DNA of 64,000 nucleotides from a virus, in the IMG/VR virus record IMGVR_UViG_3300028920_002946, positions 1 through 64,000 of that record. The stretch is one strand, 5' to 3'. Made by a program: the position numbers and the translations under genes. Of the stretch, positions 1-8,192 are shown one piece after another. The notes under the pieces were generated by a model. That model saw nothing but the letters and a program-made list of their open reading frames with translations. It had not been told where the DNA came from and searched no databases. The first letter of the stretch is position 1, and each line of letters begins with the position of its first letter.

Positions 1-1197
1 CGAGGAACTCTGGCTCGTGATGTTCGACAGTCCCGAATCCCAATTCCCGTCATCCGCGCTCGCATCCGAACTCGCGTTGTTGTTCCCCGTCGCCGCGTCT
101 ATCTGGTCAAAGTCGGAATCGTTATCGAATCCGGCGTTGTTCTTGAGAGTGGCCGCCTGGATACCGCAATCCAGCCCGCAATAACAGTTATATGCCGTGC
201 AGTTCTCCACGCGCGAGGCTGCCGCCCCGGCCGTGAGGTAGAGAAAGATGCCGCCTTGTGCTATCCCGCCTTGGTCCCACACGGCGCAGTCGTGTATCTG
301 GTGCGACCCGTTTGTGGTCCCGGTGCAGATCCCGGTTCCTTTCTTCCCGTTCTTGTCTATGAGGCAGTTGTAAACCTTGAACAGGTAGCCGGTGGTCGGG
401 GTGGCCCCTGTAGTGACAGAATGGTAGTTGCTCGTCAGCGAGTATTGGGTGTAGACATACATGTCACGGAAGACAAATTGGCCGCTACCCTCCATATCGC
501 AGCTGAACATGAAGCCGTTGAAGTTGTGCGCGACCCGGTAGGTCGTGTCCGTCGGATCCCCGTAGTTCGGCTTCTCGGAGTAGGTGTTGAAAATGTTCCC
601 GTTCAAGTCCTCGGTGACGGCGGCCGTCGCGGTCTCCGTGGTCGACCCCTTGCCGACGTAGTTGAGGGTCCCGTTGAGGTCGCCCGTGTCCGAGTAGGCG
701 GCGCTCCACGTGGTGTAGTCCTGCCCGCTCCCCACATAGTAGGTCCCCGAGGTGCGCAGGTTGAAGTCCTTCACGCCCCTCCCGGCGTAGCCGTCGGCAT
801 CGTTGAAGATCGACGTGGTGAGGCCGTGGCCGCGCACGTCCAGAAGATCGACCGACTCGCCGCTGCGGAGGCTGGACTCCAGGCCGGCGATGCCCGTGGC
901 CGTCTCGAGCGCGGGCAGGTCGATGTACGCCGACCTCTCGCGCTTCACCACCCAGCCGGGCATGTTCTCCGCGTCCGGCTGGGACGCCTCCGGCACGGGC
1001 AGGAGAGCCTGCTGCACGGCGGGTTTCCAACTCGAGGGGGCGCGGAGGTACAGGTAGGGCACGCGGGCCTGCGGCGGGTACTCGGGCTGGAAGCCCCACT
1101 CGTCCGGGTCGATGTAGCAGACGGGCATCCCGTCCTTGATGCCGCGCGCGGCCTTCTTGTCCCCGACCTTCACGATTATGTCGATGTAGTCCGCCAT
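1..1197 (-). CDS. Right-handed beta-helix (pectin-lyase-like) putative receptor-binding/tailspike protein, 3' end runs off the window
   Basis: Missing from the ORF track because it has no stop in the window. Manual translation from ATG at 1197 (MADYIDIIVKVGDKK...) stayed open to base 1 and shows beta-helix Asn/Cys ladder motifs (VYNCLID, IHDCAVWD, VENCTAYNCY, LKNNAGFDN). Confidence 0.7.
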   Translation of the reverse strand, partial: MADYIDIIVKVGDKKAARGIKDGMPVCYIDPDEWGFQPEYPPQARVPYLYLRAPSSWKPAVQQALLPVPEASQPDAENMPGWVVKRERSAYIDLPALETATGIAGLESSLRSGESVDLLDVRGHGLTTSIFNDADGYAGRGVKDFNLRTSGTYYVGSGQDYTTWSAAYSDTGDLNGTLNYVGKGSTTETATAAVTEDLNGNIFNTYSEKPNYGDPTDTTYRVAHNFNGFMFSCDMEGSGQFVFRDMYVYTQYSLTSNYHSVTTGATPTTGYLFKVYNCLIDKNGKKGTGICTGTTNGSHQIHDCAVWDQGGIAQGGIFLYLTAGAAASRVENCTAYNCYCGLDCGIQAATLKNNAGFDNDSDFDQIDAATGNNNASSDASADDGNWDSGLSNITSQSSS

Positions 1198-1199
1198 GC

Positions 1200-1919
1200 T
1201 CAGCTCTTGTTGAAGTCGAACGAGAGGGAGGCGTTGGTGATGCTCTGCGACCCGTCTACCTCGACCCGCATTATCTCGCCCTTGCCCATCGATGTCGTGT
1301 CCCAATCCGAGATGTCCAAGTCCTGGTTTTTGATGCCGTTGACGATGTGCGGCCCGGTGAGCCCCGGGTGCATCTTGGAGGATGGCGGGAAGGCCGCGTA
1401 GGTGCCCTTGTAGATGTTGAAGTAGATGGTGCCCGTCTCCTCCGCCAGCACGGTCCAGTTCTGGAGCGTCAAGTCGAACGGCGCCCTGATATTGCCTTTC
1501 GTGCCGGACGATATGGCGCTCGAGCCGCCCTCGACGATGATGTTCATGGTGCCCGTGTAGCCGCCCTCGATGCCCCGGACGCCGGTGGCGCCGGATCCCG
1601 TCACGCCCACCGGGCCGGTCTCGCCCTGCGACCCCGTGAATCCGGCCTCTCCGGTGGCCCCCTGCGGCCCCGTCGCACCTTGGTCGCCCGTTATGCCGCC
1701 CTGCCCGGTGATGCCCTGGTAGCCGGTCAGCCCGAAGGTCCCGGTGTCCCCGGCGAGCCCCGTCAACCCCAGCGGGCCCGTTTCCCCCTGCGGTCCCGTG
1801 ACGCCCGAGACGGGGAATCCCACCTTGACCCACTTGTCGTCGGCCTCCGAGTATTGGTAGCGGGAGCCGTACGTCGTCTGATACTGCTCGCCGTTTGCCG
1901 GGCCGGTCGGAAATGCCAT
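1200..1919 (-). CDS. Short collagen-like fibre/adaptor: FPxxPxxG N-terminal module, G-X-T/G-X-Q repeats, ~110-aa C-terminal domain
   Basis: 239-aa ORF with uninterrupted Gly-X-Y repeats; paralogous to 5789..6466; GGGAGA ribosome-binding site upstream. Confidence 0.75.
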   Translation of the reverse strand: MAFPTGPANGEQYQTTYGSRYQYSEADDKWVKVGFPVSGVTGPQGETGPLGLTGLAGDTGTFGLTGYQGITGQGGITGDQGATGPQGATGEAGFTGSQGETGPVGVTGSGATGVRGIEGGYTGTMNIIVEGGSSAISSGTKGNIRAPFDLTLQNWTVLAEETGTIYFNIYKGTYAAFPPSSKMHPGLTGPHIVNGIKNQDLDISDWDTTSMGKGEIMRVEVDGSQSITNASLSFDFNKS

Positions 1920-1973
1920 TTCAGTCTCCCTGACTCTGCCAAAAGGTGCCGGGAAGGCGTCATCGACGCTCGG

Positions 1974-1993
1974 GGTGCGCCTTTCGGTGCACC
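1974..1993 (-). other. GAAA-tetraloop hairpin in the 5' UTR of the 1200..1919 gene
   Basis: Minus strand GGTGCACC-GAAA-GGCGCACC (one mismatch), lying between the 2013-2025 motif and the start codon. Confidence 0.35.
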
Positions 1994-2012
1994 GTACACG
2001 TTGGCTCCAGCA

Positions 2013-2025
2013 ATTAATAGACTAT
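2013..2025 (-). promoter_or_regulatory. Putative phage late-promoter motif ATAGTCTATTAAT
   Basis: Exact copy of the motif also found at 57539-57551; intergenic; oriented with the genes. Confidence 0.6.
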
Positions 2026-2051
2026 CAGGCTTTTCGGGGCGGCAGGGGGGT

Positions 2052-3104
2052 TTACACCAATCCGCTCTGTGTGCTCGCGGCGCCGAACCCCATCTTCGCC
2101 TTGTGGAACGAATATTGAAACGGCCCCGCGTCGCACACCAGGCCGTGCCTGTAGGCGCTGCGCATGCCGTCCACGGGGACGTTCGAGTCCGACGCGGGGC
2201 CTACCCCCGCCTTGATCAGCACCGAACCCGGCTTGAGGCGGAAGTCGCCGTCCTCCAGATAGTTGGGGTTGAGAAACTCGTTTCCCCAATCGCTGACCGG
2301 TATTGGATTCGTTCCGTCACCGTCATCGGAGGCGCAGTGGTCTATGACAACATTAGTTTCACCGACATGAATCCTGAAGTCATCACTACTGAAATAGAAA
2401 ACACTACAATTCTTAATCGTTACATTGCTTTGGTTAATCCAGAAGCCATACCCGCCCCCAGTAAGAATGTTGTTGTAGAAGAAAGCGGGTGTGTCATTGG
2501 ATGAGTTCAAATAAACAGGTGTAACAGTTCCTCCTGAACCACCATAGGACTGCATGACGTTATCATGGAAATACCATTTTCCTCCACTTGGGCTACCTGT
2601 GAGGAAGTCTTCTGTGCCTCCGTCCTTCGCCATTCTGAAGATACAGTTCTTGACCTCACAACCATCGATCCAGTTACCCGTCCATTGGAATAGTTCGTAC
2701 CGATTGTTGGTCATCGTAACTTGAAGGCCATCAAACACTATTCTGATCGGCTTCGTATCTGACCCGCCACATCCGAGAGCTATGTTTGAATTGTTGACAT
2801 TCAACCGATAGGTGCTGTCGTTCCAATGTCCTCCATGAAACCCGTCGGGTTCGGATCGATTCGCTTGGATAGTCAAGGTATAGCCAGAGCCGTCGAAGTA
2901 ATTCCAACCAGGGTCCCAATCCACTCGGTATTCGTCCTCGACCGACCCGCAACATAGCAGAAGGATGTCACTATCGTATAGTTTGTTGCGGAGGTTGTTC
3001 TCCGCCTGCGTCATCGTCGCAAAGGCACGATGGTCGCCTGTGGTGGCGTTGGTAGTACCGTCACCACCTGCAGTCGATGCTGTATTGACGTACCTGGTTA
3101 CCAC
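2052..3104 (-). CDS. Beta-helix putative receptor-binding module (paralog of 4729..5778)
   Basis: 350 aa, GTG start. N-terminal VTRYVNTASTAGGDGTTNAT motif, beta-helix ladders (VKNCIF, FHDNVM, FYNNIL, IKNCSV), C-terminal DFRLKPGSVLIKAG...DAGPFQ resembling choice-of-anchor Q. Confidence 0.7.
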   Translation of the reverse strand: MVTRYVNTASTAGGDGTTNATTGDHRAFATMTQAENNLRNKLYDSDILLLCCGSVEDEYRVDWDPGWNYFDGSGYTLTIQANRSEPDGFHGGHWNDSTYRLNVNNSNIALGCGGSDTKPIRIVFDGLQVTMTNNRYELFQWTGNWIDGCEVKNCIFRMAKDGGTEDFLTGSPSGGKWYFHDNVMQSYGGSGGTVTPVYLNSSNDTPAFFYNNILTGGGYGFWINQSNVTIKNCSVFYFSSDDFRIHVGETNVVIDHCASDDGDGTNPIPVSDWGNEFLNPNYLEDGDFRLKPGSVLIKAGVGPASDSNVPVDGMRSAYRHGLVCDAGPFQYSFHKAKMGFGAASTQSGLV

Positions 3105-3114
3105 GTACTAGCCT

Positions 3115-4725
3115 CTACGTTTGGTGGCAGCCCAACGCCACCGTGACGCTCTCGGGGGAGTCCGACTCAATGACATTCAGCTGCATCCAATCCCCCGCCG
3201 CGCCGGTCGTCCCGGCCCAACCCGACAAATCGTAGTCGGCGTTCCTGAAAGCCTGTCCGATGTGCGGGCCCGTCGCCGACCCGTTCATGGAGAATGACGG
3301 GGGCCACGCGCTGAACGGGCCTATCCTCAAATCGGTGCGGATCGTCGTGCCGTCGCTCGACACCATCTCCCATGAATCGATCTGCAGATCATACGGCACC
3401 TGCAGCTGGCCCCCGATGCCGGTCGAGGGGTTGTTCATGACGAAGTTGAGGAAACCCGTCACCCCCGGGTCGGGGCCGGTCACGCCCTGCGGCCCCGTCA
3501 CGCCCGCGAGGCCGGTTACCCCGACCGGGCCTGTGGATCCGAAGGTCCCGACACCGGTCTCGCCCGTGGGTCCGGTGGGTCCCGGCACTCCCGTGTCCCC
3601 CGGCACTCCCGTGTCCCCTTGGACGCCGGGCACCGAAGCCCCGGTCGCCCCCGCCTGACCCGTCTCGCCCTTGCCGAGCGTGTCGGACTTCATCCAAACG
3701 CTGCGGTCGGAGTGGTAGACGTACAGGCTGCCGCTGGCCGTGCGGTGCTCCTGGCCGTCGTACGGGTCGGACGGGAAGGAGTAGTTCGGCACCGGGTTCT
3801 CGAAGGGCCCTATTGACGCTGTGCCGCCGGATCTGGCGTCCCCGACGATGTCGTCCGCGGGGACATCGGGGTCGGCGGAGGGCCCGATGCCGGCACCCTC
3901 GAGGTCGGAGCCGGATGCCAGCCTGTAGTCGATGCTCGCCACGTAGTCGGGGTTGTGGAACTGCTCGCCCCAATCCGATATGGTGACCGGGTTCGACCCC
4001 TCCCCGTTGGGCGTCGCGCAGTGGTCGACGACGACGCCCGTCCCGGAGAACACGCCCGCGTCGATTCTCGCGCAGTTCGTGACGTAGACGGTCCCGCTAA
4101 AGCGGGCCACCGGGTACGCCCAATTCACGAAGACGCAGTTCACCACGGATATGCCGCTGGCGTTAACCTGCACGCCGTTTGAACTGTTCGGCGTGTCCAC
4201 TTGGAAGACGCAGTTTTCGACATCGACGGCCCCGAAGTGGTCGTACCCCTTGATATTGACTGTTCGTACTATGCAGTTCCTGATCTTCGACCCAGAGAGC
4301 GCATTCGACCCGAAGGAGATGGCATGCCGGGTGTCGTTCTCCTGATATATCTGTATGCCCTCGACGATGAATATCCTGGAGGTGCCGTACGCGTTCTCGA
4401 TGCACGCCTTGCTGGACGTGTCGCATTGGATCCGATAGCGGTCGGTGCTCCAGACGCCGTCGTGCGCTCCGTTGGTGTCGTCCGGGTTGCCCCTGATGGC
4501 CATGGAGTAGGCGGCGTCGGTCGTCCACGATCCCCAGTTGTTGGCGTTCACCGTGTCGGCGGCCGCGCCGCAGCAGAGCACCTGCACGTCGTCCGAGACG
4601 GGAGACGAGTTGAGGGCCGTCATGGCCTCCATCAACGTGGCCCACGCACGGTTCCCGCCGCTGGTGGCGTTCGTGGTGCCGTCACCGCCCGCTGTACTCG
4701 CTGTGTTGACGTACTTGGTTATCAT
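3115..4725 (-). CDS. Beta-helix module fused to FPxxP module, collagen repeats and shared C-terminal domain (tail fibre/RBP)
   Basis: 536 aa; same N-terminal motif; DYRLASGSDLEGAG...SIGPFE motif; G-X-T repeats; C-terminal domain similar to 1200..1919. Confidence 0.7.
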   Translation of the reverse strand: MITKYVNTASTAGGDGTTNATSGGNRAWATLMEAMTALNSSPVSDDVQVLCCGAAADTVNANNWGSWTTDAAYSMAIRGNPDDTNGAHDGVWSTDRYRIQCDTSSKACIENAYGTSRIFIVEGIQIYQENDTRHAISFGSNALSGSKIRNCIVRTVNIKGYDHFGAVDVENCVFQVDTPNSSNGVQVNASGISVVNCVFVNWAYPVARFSGTVYVTNCARIDAGVFSGTGVVVDHCATPNGEGSNPVTISDWGEQFHNPDYVASIDYRLASGSDLEGAGIGPSADPDVPADDIVGDARSGGTASIGPFENPVPNYSFPSDPYDGQEHRTASGSLYVYHSDRSVWMKSDTLGKGETGQAGATGASVPGVQGDTGVPGDTGVPGPTGPTGETGVGTFGSTGPVGVTGLAGVTGPQGVTGPDPGVTGFLNFVMNNPSTGIGGQLQVPYDLQIDSWEMVSSDGTTIRTDLRIGPFSAWPPSFSMNGSATGPHIGQAFRNADYDLSGWAGTTGAAGDWMQLNVIESDSPESVTVALGCHQT

Positions 4726-4728
4726 CTC

Positions 4729-5778
4729 TTACACCAATCCGCTCTGTGTGTTCGCCCCCGGAAAACCCGTCTTCGCCTTATGGAAAGAGTATTGAAACGG
4801 CCCCGCGTCGCACACCAGGCCGTGCCTGTAGGCGCTGCGCATGCCGTCCACGGGGACGTTCGAGTCCGACGCGGGGCCGACCCCGGCCTTGATCAGCACC
4901 GAGCCCGGCTTGAGCCGGAAGTCGCCGTCCTCCAGATAATTGGGGTTGAGGAACTCGTCGCCCCAATCGCTGACTGATATTGGATTCGTTCCGTAACCGT
5001 CATCGGAGGCGCAGCGGTCTACGACAACATTAGTTTGACCAACGGCGACTCTAATGTCCTCGCCAAATCCGAAAACAGTACAATTCTTGATAGTCACATT
5101 ACTCTGATATACACTGATCCCACGCCAACCTCTGGTTATAAGGTTGTTGTAGAAGTAAACAGGTGTGTCATTGGTTGAGTTCAAATAAACACTCTGGACA
5201 AGTCCTCCTGAACCACCATAGGACTGCACGACGTTATCATGGAAATACCATTTTCCTCCGCTTGGGCTACCTGAGATGAAATATTCATCGCCACCATCCA
5301 TCGCCATTCTGAAGATACAGTTCTTGACCTCGCAACCATCGATCCAATTACCCGTCCATTGAAACAGAACAAATCGATTGTTGGTCATCGTAACTTGAAG
5401 GCCATCAAACACTATTCTGATCGGCTTCGTATCCGACCCATTAAGAGGCATAGCTAAATTTGAGTCATTGACATTCAACCGATAGGTGCTGTCGTTCCAA
5501 TGCCCTCCATGGAACCCGTCGGGTTCGGATCGATTCGCTTGGATAGTCAGAGTATAGCCAGGGCCGTCGAAATAGTTGTAATCAGGGTCCCAATCCACTC
5601 GATATTCGTCCTCGACCGACCCGCAACAGAGCAGTAAGAGGTCAGAGTTGAACTGTTTGTTGCGAAGAGTACTTTCCGCCTGATCCATCGTTGCAAAGGC
5701 GCGGTGATCTCCAATGGTGGCGTTCGTGGTACCGTCACCGCCCGCTGTACTCGCTGTGTTGACGTATCTCGTTATCAT
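4729..5778 (-). CDS. Beta-helix putative receptor-binding module (paralog of 2052..3104)
   Basis: 349 aa; about 60 amino-acid differences from 2052..3104 by manual count. Confidence 0.7.
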   Translation of the reverse strand: MITRYVNTASTAGGDGTTNATIGDHRAFATMDQAESTLRNKQFNSDLLLLCCGSVEDEYRVDWDPDYNYFDGPGYTLTIQANRSEPDGFHGGHWNDSTYRLNVNDSNLAMPLNGSDTKPIRIVFDGLQVTMTNNRFVLFQWTGNWIDGCEVKNCIFRMAMDGGDEYFISGSPSGGKWYFHDNVVQSYGGSGGLVQSVYLNSTNDTPVYFYNNLITRGWRGISVYQSNVTIKNCTVFGFGEDIRVAVGQTNVVVDRCASDDGYGTNPISVSDWGDEFLNPNYLEDGDFRLKPGSVLIKAGVGPASDSNVPVDGMRSAYRHGLVCDAGPFQYSFHKAKTGFPGANTQSGLV

Positions 5779-5788
5779 GCCTATCCCC

Positions 5789-6466
5789 TTAAAGCGTCCG
5801 CGAGTACCCGAGGGACACGGTTACACTCTTGATGCCCGTGGCGCCCTGGATCAGGAACTGCACATAGTCCCCGGCCCCCACCGAGACATCTGACCAATCC
5901 GAGAGATCCGTGGCCTGTCCCTTAGTGCCTCCCGTGATGTGCGGCCCCGTCGCACCGGAGTTCATGGTCGCGATGCCGGGCCAATCGGAGTACGGCCCGC
6001 TCTTGACATCCGACCAAAAGAATCCCGTTTCCCGCGAAACCGCCTCCCACGAGTCGAGATCCATCTTGCATGGCACTTTCACGCTCGCCTGGAACCCCGG
6101 CGCGAGGTAGTCGCCGTTCCCGTCGAACGTCATGCCGAGGACACCCGTCGCCGACCCATAGTAGCCCTGCGGCCCGGCCGGGGAGTATCCCGTCTCGCCC
6201 TGCGGCCCGGCGACACCCGTCGCGCCCGGACCACCCGTGGGGCCGGCGGCGCCCTGCGGGCCGTCGATTCCCGTGGCGCCCTGGTCGCCCGTCGGGCCCT
6301 GCGGGCCTGTGGGGCTTTGCGGGCCGGTCGCCCCGCGCAGCCCGGCCTCGCCCCGCAGCTCGGTGCCGTATTTCACCCATCGGTTGCGGTCGGAGCGGTA
6401 GACGTACCTCGACCCGTACTTCGTGGTGTGCGTCTGCCCGTCGTTCGGCCCTGTAGGGAATGCCAT
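5789..6466 (-). CDS. Short collagen-like fibre/adaptor (paralog of 1200..1919)
   Basis: 225 aa; MAFPTGP start, Gly-X-Y repeats, shared C-terminal domain. Confidence 0.75.
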   Translation of the reverse strand: MAFPTGPNDGQTHTTKYGSRYVYRSDRNRWVKYGTELRGEAGLRGATGPQSPTGPQGPTGDQGATGIDGPQGAAGPTGGPGATGVAGPQGETGYSPAGPQGYYGSATGVLGMTFDGNGDYLAPGFQASVKVPCKMDLDSWEAVSRETGFFWSDVKSGPYSDWPGIATMNSGATGPHITGGTKGQATDLSDWSDVSVGAGDYVQFLIQGATGIKSVTVSLGYSRTL

Positions 6467-6469
6467 GCT

Positions 6470-8140
6470 CTATCTCTTCTCGTAGTGCTTCAGGGAAATT
6501 GACGCCTGTCTGACATCTGACTCGAGAACGTTCACGTGCAGATACTCGCCAAACGCCCCCGTGGTGCCCGACCAATTGGAAAGATCCGACGAACTATCCT
6601 TGAACCCGTCGATGACGTGCGGGCCGGTGTCCCCCGCGTTCATGAGCGCCGCGGAGGCCCAACCGTCGTACGTGCCGCGCGAAAGCTCGGTGACGAACGT
6701 CCCCGTTTCCGGCAGCACCGTCTCCCACGCCCCGATCATAAGATCGTACGGCAGCCTCATCTGCGATCGGTATCCAACCTGTATGGAGGTGTCGCCCCCG
6801 TCGAACGAGAACTGTAGGATCCCCGTGACGCCCGGCGGGACGCCGAGCTCCCCCCGGACTCCCCCGGTGCCATCAAGCCCGGTTTCGCCCTGCATCCCCG
6901 TGGCGCCGTCAAGGGCGGCGCCGGTCAGTCCCTTTTCCCCCTGCACCCCCTGCGCGCCCGTCACGCCTTGGACCCCTTGGACGCCCACCTCCGGCGCCCC
7001 GGTCGCGCCCTCCCCCCCGGTCGCGCCCGCGTTGGATCCCTGCGCCAGGCTGTACTTCACGTAGTGCTTGGACGGCGAGCAATCCGTCAGCCAGGACTGC
7101 CCGAACGATGACGTGTGCAGATCGCCGTCGGTGCAGGTGGGGTATTGGTTCTCAAACGGTCCGACGCTCGCCGTGCCGCCCGACCTCGACTCCCCGACGA
7201 TGTCGTCCGCGGGGACGTCCGAGTCCGCGGAAGGCCCGACCCCGGCGTCCCTGAGGTGCGAACCGAGAGACATCCTGTAGTCGAGATCCGCCGTGTAGCT
7301 CGCGTTGTAGAACTCGTCGTCCCAATCCGATATGGAAACGGGGTTAGTGCCCTCGCCGTCGTCTGCGGCGTTGTGATCTACCGTGGAGGGTCCGGACAGG
7401 CTCAAATCGTCACTGCAGTTGAGGATTGAGCTGTTCTTAATCGTTGCCGTGCAGTCGCTGTGGGTGTAAATCCCCGTGCTCAATGAGTCCAGCACGTTGT
7501 TGTAGAAGTCCAAGCGGATAGTGCCCCCGGCGGTGCTGATGCCCTGTCCCGCATTCGACACATACAAATTCGTGAAGACGTTGTTGCGCACCACCATCGT
7601 TGCGTTGAGGTTGGCCGCATCCTCCGCGCGAAAACAGCTATAATTCGTGACGTTGTTGCTCCACTTGAACAGCGTCTTTTCGCACGAGCTTCCGTCCGAC
7701 AGCCTCGTGAACGTTATTCCGTAGGCGCCTCCCCCTGCCGTCCTCGAACACAGGACTTGGACGCCCTCCACATGATATTCTCTGGATTGGTAGCTGTCCC
7801 TGTGGCAGTTGAAATAGATGCCGTACTGCGAGTTGGCGTTGTCGAAGGTGTACTTCGAGTCGTCCCAAACGCCCCCATGCGCCCCGTTCGCGTCATCGGG
7901 GTTGCCCCTGACGGTGAGGCTGTACCCCGATTGGATCGTCCCCGGGCGGAATTGGGGAATCGAAGAGTCAACGGCATCGCCGCAGCACAGAACCTCATAG
8001 TCATCGTTTACGGGCTGCGCCGCGCGTATCTGCTCCTCCGCCTCCTGCAGGGTCGCGAAAGCACGGTTCGCCCCCGACGTGGCGTTCGTGGTGCCGTCAC
8101 CGCCCGCGCTGCTCGCCGTGTTCACGTATCTCGTTACCAT
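6470..8140 (-). CDS. Beta-helix module + collagen repeats + shared C-terminal domain (tail fibre/RBP)
   Basis: 556 aa; same architecture as 3115..4725. Confidence 0.7.
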   Translation of the reverse strand: MVTRYVNTASSAGGDGTTNATSGANRAFATLQEAEEQIRAAQPVNDDYEVLCCGDAVDSSIPQFRPGTIQSGYSLTVRGNPDDANGAHGGVWDDSKYTFDNANSQYGIYFNCHRDSYQSREYHVEGVQVLCSRTAGGGAYGITFTRLSDGSSCEKTLFKWSNNVTNYSCFRAEDAANLNATMVVRNNVFTNLYVSNAGQGISTAGGTIRLDFYNNVLDSLSTGIYTHSDCTATIKNSSILNCSDDLSLSGPSTVDHNAADDGEGTNPVSISDWDDEFYNASYTADLDYRMSLGSHLRDAGVGPSADSDVPADDIVGESRSGGTASVGPFENQYPTCTDGDLHTSSFGQSWLTDCSPSKHYVKYSLAQGSNAGATGGEGATGAPEVGVQGVQGVTGAQGVQGEKGLTGAALDGATGMQGETGLDGTGGVRGELGVPPGVTGILQFSFDGGDTSIQVGYRSQMRLPYDLMIGAWETVLPETGTFVTELSRGTYDGWASAALMNAGDTGPHVIDGFKDSSSDLSNWSGTTGAFGEYLHVNVLESDVRQASISLKHYEKR

Positions 8141-8192
8141 GTGCTAAAGCTCTCCCCTAGAAATCCGCCCCGAACCATATGGTGTTTGGGGG
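8059..8192. repeat. Direct repeat copy 1 (~130 bp; second copy 10202..10337)
   Basis: Near-identical by manual alignment. Covers the PPNxIWFGADF* gene end, the intergenic spacer and the MVTRYVNTASSAGGDGTTNATSG gene start. Confidence 0.9.
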
